The notes: a model not told the origin generated them from the sequence alone. Shown: positions 19,682-32,229, counted from the first letter of the stretch. The stretch: DNA of 64,000 nt from Hyphomicrobiales bacterium (GCA_030688605.1 JAUYJB010000122.1:44171-108170); one strand, 5' to 3'. Program-made: numbers and translations.

Positions 19682-19722
19682 TTGACACTACATTAGCGTG
19701 AACTATATTAGCAATATCTAAT
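19682..19722 (+). promoter_or_regulatory. Sigma-70-like promoter (TTGACA-N16-TATATT) overlapping an inverted repeat, the candidate operator of the downstream ArsR-family gene
   Basis: TTGACA at 19682..19687 and TATATT at 19704..19709. Inverted repeat ATTAG-caatat-CTAAT at 19707..19722, plus an extra ATTAGC at 19692. Sits 20-60 nt upstream of the ATG at 19744. Confidence 0.45.
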
Positions 19723-19743
19723 GTTAAAGCGAGACTGAATGAA

Positions 19744-20088
19744 ATGAACACTCTGGCCGGTGACGGATTGATGACCTCGCTCGAGGACAAGGCGGGCCGC
19801 GTCGCGAGGATCCTCAAGCTGGTGGCCAACGAGAAGCGCATTCTCATGCTGTGCCGGCTCGCGGCGGAAGGCGAAATGGCGGTCTCCGCCCTCGGCGGGG
19901 CCGTTTCGCTGAGCCAGTCCGCCTTGTCGCAGCATCTCGCGCGGTTGCGCGAGGAAGGTCTGGTCACGTTCCGGCGTCAGAGCCAGACGCTTTACTATTC
20001 CATCAAGGACGGGCAGACCCGACAGCTCCTGCTGGCGCTGAAGGACATCTATTGCCCCGAAATGTCATCGAAAGGAGACATTCAATGA
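19744..20088 (+). CDS. ArsR/SmtB-family repressor, two-cysteine BigR/SqrR/YgaV-like subtype
   Basis: 114 aa. wHTH core ILKLVANEKRILMLCRLAAEGEMAVSALGGAVSLSQSALSQHLARLREEGLVTFRRQSQTLYYSI. Cys37 (LMLC) and Cys104 (IYCPE) are 67 residues apart, close to the ~66-residue spacing I recall for the sensing pair of BigR/SqrR. Confidence 0.7.
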   Translation: MNTLAGDGLMTSLEDKAGRVARILKLVANEKRILMLCRLAAEGEMAVSALGGAVSLSQSALSQHLARLREEGLVTFRRQSQTLYYSIKDGQTRQLLLALKDIYCPEMSSKGDIQ

Positions 20089-20288
20089 GCGTTGATCGTG
20101 CCGTAATGGCGTTTGCCGGCTGCGTCGTTCTGGTGTCGCTGGCGTTGGGCTGGTGGGTATCGCCCTATTGGTTCCTGCTGACGGCCTTTGCCGGGCTCAA
20201 CATGCTCCAGGCCTCGTTCACCGGTTTCTGCCCGGCGGCGATCGTGTTCAAGAAGCTGGGCTTCCGCCCCGGCGTCGCCTTCGAGTGA
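20085..20288 (+). CDS. DUF2892 (YgaP C-terminal-like) small two-TM membrane protein
   Basis: Internal start of ORF 19851..20288. Its ATG overlaps the upstream TGA (ATGA). MSVDRAVMAFAGCVVLVSLALGWWVSPYWFLLTAFAGLNMLQASFTGFCPAAIVFKKLG is the DUF2892 pattern. Confidence 0.7.
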   Translation: MSVDRAVMAFAGCVVLVSLALGWWVSPYWFLLTAFAGLNMLQASFTGFCPAAIVFKKLGFRPGVAFE

Positions 20289-20347
20289 GGTCCGCGCGGC
20301 CGTGAGGCCGCGCCATTTTCGAATGTATTAAACCGGGGGGACTTCCC

Positions 20348-21345
20348 GTGCCGAAACCGCTGGCCGCCATCCTGTCTGCCTGTTTCCTGCTGCTGAGCGC
20401 CGTTGCCGCTCACGCCGCCGAGTTCAAGGTCGCGCCGGTCACGGTTGCGGTCATGAAGTCGGTGTTCGGCCAGGTGAAGAGCCGCGACATCCTGCCGGCG
20501 CGGGCGCGCATCGGCGGCAGCATCGTCGAAATCGCCGTGGAGGAGGGCGACGAGGTCAAGGCCGGCGACGTCATCGCCACCGTCGTCGACGCGAAGCTCG
20601 CGCTTCAACTCGACGCGCTAGACGCACGCATAAAGGCGGTCTCGGCCCAGCTCGAGAACGCCAGGACGAACCTGTCGCGGGCCCAGGAGCTGTTTTCCCG
20701 CGGCACCATCCCCGAGAGCCGGCTCGACGAGCTGCAAACCCAGACCGACGTGCTCGGCAGCGATCTGAACGCCGTTAGGGCCGAGCGGTCGGTCATCGTC
20801 CAACAGTCGGCGGAAGGCGCGGTCGCGGCCCCGGCAAGCGGCAGGATCCTGCGCGTCCCAGTCAGTCAAGGCTCGGTCATCCTGCCCGGCGAGACCGTCG
20901 CCAGTATCGCCGGCGGTGGCTATTTTCTGCGCCTTTCGCTGCCCGAACGCCATGCCGGCGGCGTCGCCGAGGGCGACGAGGTGATCGTCGGCCAGCGCGG
21001 CCTCGTCCCCGACGAGACCGCGGCGGCGAGCCTCAAGGGCCGGATCGCCAAGGTCTATCCGGAGATCGTGGACGGGCGGGTGCTGGCCGATGTGGAAGTC
21101 GAGGGGCTCGGCGACTTTTTCGTAGGCGAACGCACGTTGGTGTCGATCCCCATCGGAACGCGGCAGATCATCGCCGTGCCGCCCGAAGCGATCGTCACCC
21201 GCCACGGTCTCGACTACGTCAGGATCGTCGTCGGCGAGGCGCCGGTCGAGGTCGCCGTCATTCCCGGCGAGACCTTCGCGACGGATGCAGGACCCCGCAC
21301 CGAGGTCCTGACCGGCCTAAAGGCCGGAGACAGGGTCGTCCTGCC

Positions 21346-21349
<4 letters not shown>
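20348..21349 (+). CDS. RND efflux periplasmic adaptor (MFP/HlyD family)
   Basis: 333 aa. Signal peptide, biotinyl-lipoyl-like hairpin (GDEVKAGDVIATVVD) and a coiled-coil segment. Overlaps the RND permease start by 4 nt. Confidence 0.85.
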
Positions 21350-24538
<3,189 letters not shown>

Positions 24539-24558
<20 letters not shown>

Positions 24559-25771
24559 GGTTGCGGAAATCGTCCCGTTCCAGCGCCCAGGAGACGGCAA
24601 AGCCGACGACGAGGCCCCAGAACGGAGCGCCAATGGAGAGAATCGGCACGTCGGCCACCGTGACCAGGAAGGTGACGACGGCGCCGAGGGTGAAGGAGCC
24701 CGAGAAGGAGGTGACGAAGGCGCGCTCGAGGATGCGGACGAGCGCCAGGCCGGCGAGCGCGGCGATGAAGGCCGCGGGCGTTGCCAGCATGAAACGGGTG
24801 AAGACCGGCGAGAACAGGCCGAACACCAAGGCGAACAGCGCGACGAGGACGCCGGCCGCATAGTGCCTGTCCTTCTCGCCCGCGCTCGAGATGATGGCGT
24901 TGACCGGGCCGGTGAGGCAAGTCGAGACCGTGCCGACGAGAGCCGCGATCATCGAGCCGAGCCCGCAGGCCGCGGTCACCGCGTTGACCGGCGGCTTGTG
25001 GCCTGCCGCCTCGAGCACCGCGTAGCCTTGCGCGTTCTGGGCCGCCAGCACCGTGATCGCCAGCGGGATCACCAGCTCGACCATGGCGTTCCACGAAAAT
25101 TCCGGCACATAGAGGTTGGGCCTGGCGAAGCTGAACGCCGCGGCGCTTCCCAGATCGAAGGTGCCGAACAGGAAGATCGCGGCGATGCCGACGATCAGCG
25201 CGCCGATCAGCGGCGGCAGGACGCGGCCGAACCTGGGGACCGCCCACAGAAGCAAGAACGCCGCGGTCATCGGCGCGGCGATGAGGAAGCCGTCGCGGAT
25301 GGCGAAGATCAGATTGAGGCCGAACTGGAGAAAGACGCCGGCCACCATCGCCATCACGATCGGCATCGGCAGCAGGCTCATGCATTTGCGCATCCAGCCG
25401 GTGAGGCCGAGGACCAGCATAAGAAGGCCGGTCGCGTAATAGGCGCCGATGGTTTCGGCAAAGCTCAGATGTTCCAGCCCCTGGCCGACCAGGACCGTGC
25501 CCGGAATGGTCCAGAAGAACACCAGGGGCTGCCGGTAATAGAGGCAGAAGGCGATGGAAATCAGGCCGTTGATGAAAAAACTGCCGAAGATCCAGGAGGC
25601 GAGGTCGGCTTCCGCAAGCCCGCCCTTCTCGCCCGCGGTCAGGATGATGGCGATGGGCGCGGAGGCCGCGAAGATGAAGGCGATGACGGCATTGACGAGA
25701 TAGATGCCGCCGAAGCCGCTCAGCAATTGGGACAGGTCGAATTTCGGGGAATCGGGCCGTTCGAGGGTCAT
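24539..25771 (-). CDS. BenE-family benzoate/H+ symporter-like membrane transporter
   Basis: 410-aa polytopic ORF. The N-terminus (LSGFGGIYLVNAVIAFIFAASAPIAIIL...) resembles BenE-family proteins. Confidence 0.7.
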
Positions 25772-25898
25772 GGGCCCGCCTTATAGAGGGAAATTCGCAA
25801 CCGGGAAATTCGTATCGGCCCGGAATCTGTTGAAAAACATCGCCCGTTCGGCGAATGCTCTAGGTTCCGATGAAACGATCAGCGGGGAGGGCTGCGAC

Positions 25899-27134
25899 AT
25901 GGACTCAACGCACGGTTTGACCGAAGAACAGGTCTTGATGCGCGAAACCTGCCGGGCCTTCGTCGATGCCGAGGTCATTCCCTTCATCCGCGACCATTGG
26001 CAGCGCGAATGGCAGATGGAGCCGGAAGACCGGCTGCCGTCGCGGATCCTCGAAAAAGCAAGCGAGATCGGCATCTGCACTCTCGGTGTGCCGGAGGAAT
26101 TCGGCGGCGTCGAGCTCGACCGCGACAGCGAGGTGCGGACCTTCTCGATCATCGCCGAGGAGATCGCGCGCGGCGATTCAGGGCTTGCCGACAAGCTGGT
26201 GCAGAACTGGAAGGTGTCGGTGCTGTTGCGCAACCTGGCGCCGCGGCATTTGCAGGAGCGCTGGTTCACAAAGCTCGTCGAGACGCCGTCCTTCCTGATG
26301 GCGCATTGCCTGTCGGAGCCGCGCGGCGCGTCTGACCGCTGGCTGCCCTACAACGTGCCGGAGGCGGCGATGCACACCCGGGCCGTGAAGCGCGGCGACA
26401 AGTGGGTCATCAATGGGCGCAAGCATTACATCAGCAACGGTTATGACGCCGGCCTCTACGTGGTCTATGCCAACACCGACCCGAAGGTCGGCATGCTGCA
26501 GGGCACGTCGAGCTTCCTGGTGCCGCGCGAAACCGAAGGCTTGGACATCGTCCGCTGCAACGAGACCATCGGCTGCCGCTTTATGAACAATGGCGAGATC
26601 ACGTTCGACGACTGTGCGGTGCCCGAGGACCATCTCCTGGTCGAGGGCGACGCGCTGGGCAAGGCGGGGATCTATTTCCGGCCCGGCAAGATCATGCAGG
26701 CGTCGAAGAATCTCGGCGTCGGCGTCGCCGCCTTCGAGGCGACCGAAAGATACGTGCAGGACTATGTCCAGGGCGGCCGCATCCTGATCAAGCATCAGGC
26801 GGTCGCCCAGCGCCTCGCCGACATGGCGATCAGGCTCGAGGCGGTGAGGGCGCTGCTGCGCCGGGCGGCCGCCGCCGTCGATCGCGGCGATCCGCAGGCC
26901 GACATCTTGTGCAACATGGTCAAGGTGTTCGCGTCGGAAGAGGTTCTGAAGGTCTGCCAGCACGCCATGGAGTTGCATGGCGGCGCGGGCGCCATGCTCG
27001 GCGTCGGCATCGAGAAGCTGTTCCGCGACGCTTCGATCTTCCTGCACATGGACGCGACCACCGACATCTCGCGCTTCAAGGTCATCAAGGCCATGTATCC
27101 CGATACCGCCGGCAAATATGCCGGGCCGGAATAG
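25899..27134 (+). CDS. Acyl-CoA dehydrogenase-family protein (divergent)
   Basis: ORF 25704..27134 trimmed to the ATG at 25899 (RBS GGGGAGGG). LTEEQVLMRETCRAFVDAEVIPF is an ACAD N-terminus, followed by a middle beta domain and a C-terminal helical domain. The usual C-terminal YEGT block reads HMDATTDI. Confidence 0.8.
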   Translation: MDSTHGLTEEQVLMRETCRAFVDAEVIPFIRDHWQREWQMEPEDRLPSRILEKASEIGICTLGVPEEFGGVELDRDSEVRTFSIIAEEIARGDSGLADKLVQNWKVSVLLRNLAPRHLQERWFTKLVETPSFLMAHCLSEPRGASDRWLPYNVPEAAMHTRAVKRGDKWVINGRKHYISNGYDAGLYVVYANTDPKVGMLQGTSSFLVPRETEGLDIVRCNETIGCRFMNNGEITFDDCAVPEDHLLVEGDALGKAGIYFRPGKIMQASKNLGVGVAAFEATERYVQDYVQGGRILIKHQAVAQRLADMAIRLEAVRALLRRAAAAVDRGDPQADILCNMVKVFASEEVLKVCQHAMELHGGAGAMLGVGIEKLFRDASIFLHMDATTDISRFKVIKAMYPDTAGKYAGPE

Positions 27135-27197
27135 AGGCGGCATGTCCGTCATCCGTGGTATGTTGAAACGGTTCCAGACAGCCGATGGCATAGACAG

Positions 27198-28241
27198 ATG
27201 ATCTTCCAGCAGCTGTTCGATCAGACATCGTCCACATTCACCTATCTGCTGGCCCGGCGCTCCGGCGGCGAGGCGCTCATCGTCGATCCGGTCTTCGAGC
27301 ATGTGGACAGCTATGTCTCGCTGTGCCGGCGACTTGACCTGAAGCTGGTCAAGGCGATCGACACCCACATTCACGCCGACCACATCACCGGTCTCGGCGC
27401 GCTGCGCGACATCACCAGATGCGTCACCGTCATGGGCGAGAGGAGCGGCGCCGACGTCGTCTCCATCAGGGTCAAGGAGGACGAGACCATCGACGTGGAC
27501 GGGGTCGAGCTGCGGACCCTGTTCACGCCGGGGCACACGGACGATTCCTACAGCTTCCTGATGGACGACCGGGTGTTCACCGGCGATGCGCTGCTCATCG
27601 GCGGCACCGGGCGAACCGACTTTCAAAACGGGGACCCTTACGCGGCGTACGACTCCTTGTTCAACAAACTTCTGAAACTGCCCGCGGAGAGCCTGGTGTT
27701 TCCCGCCCACGACTATAACGGCAATACGGTCTCGACCATCGGCTACGAGCAGGTGCACAATCCGCGCCTGCAGGTCGGCTCGGCGGAGGAGTATGCCGAG
27801 ATCATGAACAATCTGAAACTCGCCAACCCCAAGCTCATGGATGTGGCGGTGCCGGCGAACCGCGCCCTCGGCAAGTCCCTCGAACGGTTCGTCCGGCCCG
27901 GGGAATCGGTCGAAGCCGCGGATCTTCTCCAGGAACAAGGGGAGAAAAAGCTCGTCCTCATCGACCTCAGGGAAAAGCGCGAACGCGAGCGCGACGGATG
28001 GATACCGTCATCGGTGCACGTTCCATACGGCGCCATCGCCGAGCAGTTGCGGCCAGGCGGCGCGCTTGAACGGATCGCCAGGGACCATCCGGGGCAGGTC
28101 GTTCTCTACTGCGCCTATGGCGAACGCTCGGCGATGGCGCTCGACACGATGCGGAGTGCCGGCTTTTCGGGCCTGCGGCACCTGGCCGGCGGCATCGCCG
28201 GTTGGCTGAAGTCGGGCGGCGAAGTCGAAGTCGATCGCTGA
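27198..28241 (+). CDS. Persulfide dioxygenase (ETHE1-like MBL fold) fused to a C-terminal rhodanese domain
   Basis: 347 aa. MIFQQLFDQTSSTFTYLL...DTHIHADHITG (MBL metal motif). The C-terminal ~100 aa are rhodanese-like (VLIDLREKRERE...VVLYCAYGERSA, active-site Cys loop). Confidence 0.85.
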   Translation: MIFQQLFDQTSSTFTYLLARRSGGEALIVDPVFEHVDSYVSLCRRLDLKLVKAIDTHIHADHITGLGALRDITRCVTVMGERSGADVVSIRVKEDETIDVDGVELRTLFTPGHTDDSYSFLMDDRVFTGDALLIGGTGRTDFQNGDPYAAYDSLFNKLLKLPAESLVFPAHDYNGNTVSTIGYEQVHNPRLQVGSAEEYAEIMNNLKLANPKLMDVAVPANRALGKSLERFVRPGESVEAADLLQEQGEKKLVLIDLREKRERERDGWIPSSVHVPYGAIAEQLRPGGALERIARDHPGQVVLYCAYGERSAMALDTMRSAGFSGLRHLAGGIAGWLKSGGEVEVDR

Positions 28242-28298
28242 GATGGTGCTGATTCGGGTCGCTGGACCTTGCCCCCGGAATCGGGCCACATTTGCCGA

Positions 28299-29093
28299 AT
28301 GCGCCCATATCTCGACCTTTTGGCCCGCGTGCTCGACGAGGGCGTGCGCAAGGAGGACCGCACCGGGACCGGCACGCTGAGCGTGTTCGGCCACCAGACG
28401 CGGTTCGATCTCGGCGCCGGTTTCCCGCTCGTCACCACCAAGAAACTGCACGTCAAATCAATCATATACGAGCTTCTGTGGTTTCTCGCCGGCGATACCA
28501 ACGTCAAATATCTCAATGAGCACGGGGTGAGAATCTGGGACGAATGGGCCGACGAAAAGGGCGATCTCGGCCCCGTCTACGGCCATCAGTGGCGCTCCTG
28601 GCCGGCGGCGGGCGGGCGGACCATCGACCAGATCGCAAACGTCATGGCCGAGATCAGGGCAAACCCGAATTCGCGGCGGCTCATGGTCACCGCCTGGAAC
28701 CCGGCCGACGTGCCGAAGATGGCGCTGCCGCCCTGCCACTGCCTGTTTCAGTTCTATGTCGCGGAGGGGAAGCTTTCCTGCCAGCTCTATCAGCGCTCAG
28801 CCGACCTGTTTCTCGGCGTGCCCTTCAACATCGCCTCCTATGCGCTGCTGACCCTGATGGTGGCGCAGGTCTCCGGGCTCGAACCCGGCGAATTCGTCCA
28901 CACCTTCGGCGACGCGCATCTTTATCTCAACCATCTCGACCAGGCCCGCGAACAGCTTTCTCGCGCACCCCGCGCCCTGCCGCGCATGCGCCTCAATCCG
29001 AACGTCGCCTCCATCTTTAGCTTTAAATATGAGGACTTTACGCTGGAACTCTATAATCCCCATCCGCATATCAAGGCAGAGGTGGCCGTGTAG
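28299..29093 (+). CDS. thyA: Thymidylate synthase
   Basis: ORF 28269..29093 trimmed to [33 protein letters not shown]. Active-site block [12 protein letters not shown]. Confidence 0.97.
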   Translation: MRPYLDLLARVLDEGVRKEDRTGTGTLSVFGHQTRFDLGAGFPLVTTKKLHVKSIIYELLWFLAGDTNVKYLNEHGVRIWDEWADEKGDLGPVYGHQWRSWPAAGGRTIDQIANVMAEIRANPNSRRLMVTAWNPADVPKMALPPCHCLFQFYVAEGKLSCQLYQRSADLFLGVPFNIASYALLTLMVAQVSGLEPGEFVHTFGDAHLYLNHLDQAREQLSRAPRALPRMRLNPNVASIFSFKYEDFTLELYNPHPHIKAEVAV

Positions 29094-29157
29094 AGCATGT
29101 TCCGCAAAAGTGGGAACCGGTTTTGCGAAAAGAACATGCCCAAGCAAATGGATAAGA
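29091..29157. repeat. ~67-bp intergenic repeat/hairpin element, copy 1; begins at the thyA stop codon
   Basis: tagagcatgttccgcaaaagtgggaaccggttttgcgaaaagaacatgcccaagcaaatggataaga. About 85% identical by eye to 45457..45523. Internal inverted repeat gcatgttc-cgcaaaa...ttttgcg-aaaa-gaacatgc. Confidence 0.8.
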
Positions 29158-29191
29158 CCGAATTCCAAGTCAAACGAAGCGGAATTCGGTC
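29156..29191. repeat. 11-bp perfect-stem hairpin
   Basis: gaccgaattcc (29156..29166) / 14-nt loop / ggaattcggtc (29181..29191). Confidence 0.6.
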
Positions 29192-29208
29192 GAGGCGTCG
29201 AGGGCGTC

Positions 29209-29466
29209 ATGAAGACGGTATGGTGGCTTTCGGTGTTTGTCTGGCTGAACGGCCAATGGGTGCCGGGCGAGGAGGTCGAGACGGGCGGCTGGGCGCCGCG
29301 CGCCCATGAGAGCGAGGCGGTGTGCCTCGAGCGCAAGGCCTTTGCCGAACAGTCGCTCGAAGAGGCCCGCCAGCGGGGAAGGCGACTTGTGCCGTCGCAC
29401 TGGGTGTGCAACGAAGGCGCGCCCCTGACCGAGATCGACCTGCCGCCGCCGCAGGGGGCGTCATGA
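29209..29466 (+). CDS. Small hypothetical protein (85 aa) with an N-terminal hydrophobic segment, between thyA and folA
   Basis: Internal ATG of ORF 29029..29466: MKTVWWLSVFVWLNGQWVPGEE...two Cys. Its stop overlaps the folA start (ATGA at 29463..29466), suggesting translational coupling. No family recognised. Confidence 0.45.
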   Translation: MKTVWWLSVFVWLNGQWVPGEEVETGGWAPRAHESEAVCLERKAFAEQSLEEARQRGRRLVPSHWVCNEGAPLTEIDLPPPQGAS

Positions 29467-29981
29467 AGCGACGCATCATCCTCGTCGTGGCGATGTCCGA
29501 AAACGGCGTCATCGGCGCCGGCGGCCAGCTGCCCTGGCGGCTGCCGACGGACATGAAGCGGTTCCGCCGGCTGACCTGGGGCAAACCGGTCATCATGGGC
29601 CGCAAGACCTTTCAGTCGATCGGCAAGCCGCTCGAAGGCCGCGACAATATCGTCATTTCCCGGCAGAGCGATTTCGCGCCCGAGGGCGTCCTCGTTGCCC
29701 GGAGCTTCGAGAAGGCGCTGACGCTCGGCGAACACTTCGCGGCGGCACGCGGCGGCAACGAAATCGCGATCATCGGCGGCGGCAGGGTCTATCGCGCCGC
29801 CCTGCCCATTGCCGACCGCATTGATATGACGATCGTGCACGCGACAATTGAAGGCGATACCACCTTTCCGGCTCTCGACATGCAAGAATGGCACGATGTT
29901 TCCCGCGAAAAATGCCCGCGCGGCGACAATGACAGCCACGAGACCAGCTTCCTGGTGTTCGAGCGAATCCGCGCGGCGTGA
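29463..29981 (+). CDS. folA: Dihydrofolate reductase
   Basis: Internal start of ORF 29322..29981: MKRRIILVVAMSENGVIGAGGQLPWRLPTDMKRFRRLTWGKPVIMGRKTFQSIGKPLEGRDNIV, the canonical DHFR pattern. Confidence 0.95.
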   Translation: MKRRIILVVAMSENGVIGAGGQLPWRLPTDMKRFRRLTWGKPVIMGRKTFQSIGKPLEGRDNIVISRQSDFAPEGVLVARSFEKALTLGEHFAAARGGNEIAIIGGGRVYRAALPIADRIDMTIVHATIEGDTTFPALDMQEWHDVSREKCPRGDNDSHETSFLVFERIRAA

Positions 29982-30109
29982 GGGGTGGAATATGAAAGCC
30001 TCTTGCAAAATTGCGAATCCTCACCGAAATCTTACGCGCACCGCCCCTTGCCGCGCCGCCGGCGGTTGCACTTTCCCCGGCGCGGCACTATGAGCGCCCC
30101 ATCGTGCGC

Positions 30110-30670
30110 ATGAGAATCGAGACCGCTGTCGCGGTCGCCAAGATAGAACCCGAAGGGCCGCCGTCGTCGCCGAGCACCGAGGTGCGGCTTGAGATTCGCC
30201 CCGCCCGTGCGGGCGACCTCGATGGTTTGCTGGCACTCGAAAATGCCGTGTTTGCGACCGACCGGCTGTCGCGGCGCAGCTACCGCCGCTTCCTCTCCGG
30301 ACGCACCGCGATTCTGCTGGTCGCGACGGATGGCGGCGCGCTCAGCGGATACGCGCTGGTGCTGCTGCGGCGCGGCGCGGCGCCGGCGCGGCTTTATTCG
30401 ATCGCCGTCGACCCGGGCGCGCAGGGCCGCGGCATCGCCGCGGCGCTGATGAGCGCCTGCGAACGGGCCGCCGCCAAACGCGGTGCCACGGCGATGCGGC
30501 TCGAGGTGCAGGTCGGTAATACGCGCGCATTGAAGCTCTACGAGAAGCTCGGCTACCGCGTCTTCGGGCGCTACCAGAGCTATTACAACGACGGCGGTGA
30601 CGCCCTGCGGCTCGAAAAGGCCCTCGACGACGCGGCGGCGGCCGGCGTCAAAGGAAGGCGCAAGCGATGA
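30110..30670 (+). CDS. GNAT-family N-acetyltransferase
   Basis: ORF 30011..30670 (TTG). ATG at 30110 chosen; the start is uncertain. Acetyl-CoA site IAVDPGAQGRGIAAALM and C-terminal NTRALKLYEKLGYRVFG. Confidence 0.8.
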   Translation: MRIETAVAVAKIEPEGPPSSPSTEVRLEIRPARAGDLDGLLALENAVFATDRLSRRSYRRFLSGRTAILLVATDGGALSGYALVLLRRGAAPARLYSIAVDPGAQGRGIAAALMSACERAAAKRGATAMRLEVQVGNTRALKLYEKLGYRVFGRYQSYYNDGGDALRLEKALDDAAAAGVKGRRKR

Positions 30671-32130
30671 TGGGATGGCTCATTCTCGTCGATCAGGAGA
30701 AGGATTTCCCAAACTACGAAACCCCGCACAAGGTCATGACCACGCGGGATTATCTGACCCGGCCCAACCTGTTTCAGGGAACCCGCCCGAAAATCGTCAA
30801 TCTGTCGCGCTCCTACGCCTATCAGGGGTCGGGCTACTATTGCTCGCTGCTCGCCGAGGCGCGCCGGCACAGGATCGTGCCCACGGTCGAGACCATGCTG
30901 GAGCTGTCGCGCCGGGAACTCTACGCCCAATCGCTGCCCGACCTGGAGGAAGAGCTCAACGCCGCGGTCAAGAGGGGCTGGCAGGCGGGCGCGGAGCCGA
31001 GGCGCGTTTTCATCTGCTTCGGGCGGGCGATCGAGCCGGCGCTGGCGCCGTTCGCGCGGCTGATCTTCGACTGGTACCGGACGCCGATTCTCGAGGTCTC
31101 GGTTGAGCCGGGCGAGTGGGTCAGGATCCGCCGCATCCGGGCCGTGCCCTGCACCGAACTTCGCGGCGAGGAGGTCGAGTTCATGCGCGAATCGCTTGCC
31201 CAGCACACCCGCGGCAATTGGCGCGACCCGCGCGAGCGGGTACCGGCCCGCTATTCCATCGCGGTGCTGCACGACCCGCAGGAACAATTGCCGCCGACGA
31301 ACCTTGAGAGCCTCAAATACATGGCCCGGTTCGCCAGCAAGATGGGGGTCGAGTTCGAGCCGATCACCAAGAAGGATCTGTCGCGGCTTGCCGAGTTCGA
31401 CGCCCTGTTCATCCGCGAGACGACCTCGATCGACAATCACACCTACCGTTTCGCCCGCCGCGCGGTGCAGGAAGGCATGCCGGTGATCGACGACCCGGTG
31501 TCGATGATGCGCTGCACCAACAAGGTCTATCTCACCGAGCTGCTGCGGGCCAACGGCCTGCCCGTCCCGCATACGCTGGTCGTCGACAGCGTCAAGGATA
31601 TCGCCAAGATCGAGGAGGAGATCGGCTATCCGGTGGTGGTGAAGATTCCGGACGGCTCTTTCAGCCGCGGCGTCAAAAAGGTGGATGACCGCGAGGAACT
31701 GCAGGAGGTCTTGACCAAGATGCTGGCCGACTCCAACCTGATCCTGGTGCAGGAGTTCATGCCGACGAGCTTCGACTGGCGCATCGGCGTGCTCGACGGA
31801 CAGCCGCTGTTCGCCTGCCATTATCGCATGGCCAAGAAACACTGGCAGATCGTCAAGCACAATGCGGACGGCGGAGCGGAGGAGGGCAGCTCGAAGACCT
31901 TTGCGCTCGAGGAGGTGCCGCCGGAGGTCATCGACGCGGCGACGCGGGCGGCCCGGCTGATCGGTCGCGGGCTCTATGGCGTCGACCTGAAGCAGAACGA
32001 CAACGGCGTCTTCATCATCGAAATCAACGACAACCCCAATCTCGACCACAATGTCGAGGACGCCGCCGGCAAGACGGAGGTCTGGCGGCGCGTCGTGGAG
32101 TGGTTCATCGACCGCATCGAACGGCGCTGA
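30667..32130 (+). CDS. RimK-type ATP-grasp amide ligase with an N-terminal RLAN (RimK-like ATP-grasp N-terminal) domain
   Basis: 487 aa. The start overlaps the GNAT stop (ATGA). The N-terminal ~200 aa (YAYQGSGYYCSLLAEARRHRIVPT...) are followed by an ATP-grasp core (CTNKVYLTELLRANGLPVP...YPVVVKIPDGSFSRGV...LILVQEFMPTSFDWRIGVLDG...YGVDLKQNDNGVFIIEINDNP). Confidence 0.8.
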   Translation: MMGWLILVDQEKDFPNYETPHKVMTTRDYLTRPNLFQGTRPKIVNLSRSYAYQGSGYYCSLLAEARRHRIVPTVETMLELSRRELYAQSLPDLEEELNAAVKRGWQAGAEPRRVFICFGRAIEPALAPFARLIFDWYRTPILEVSVEPGEWVRIRRIRAVPCTELRGEEVEFMRESLAQHTRGNWRDPRERVPARYSIAVLHDPQEQLPPTNLESLKYMARFASKMGVEFEPITKKDLSRLAEFDALFIRETTSIDNHTYRFARRAVQEGMPVIDDPVSMMRCTNKVYLTELLRANGLPVPHTLVVDSVKDIAKIEEEIGYPVVVKIPDGSFSRGVKKVDDREELQEVLTKMLADSNLILVQEFMPTSFDWRIGVLDGQPLFACHYRMAKKHWQIVKHNADGGAEEGSSKTFALEEVPPEVIDAATRAARLIGRGLYGVDLKQNDNGVFIIEINDNPNLDHNVEDAAGKTEVWRRVVEWFIDRIERR

Positions 32131-32229
32131 CCGCCATTGCGCGGCGCGGGGCATGCGCCGGGCGGCCGCGCTTGCGACTCTCGCTCCGGTCTTGCTACCA
32201 AGACGAAGGGATCGAGGGAGGCTCGGATC

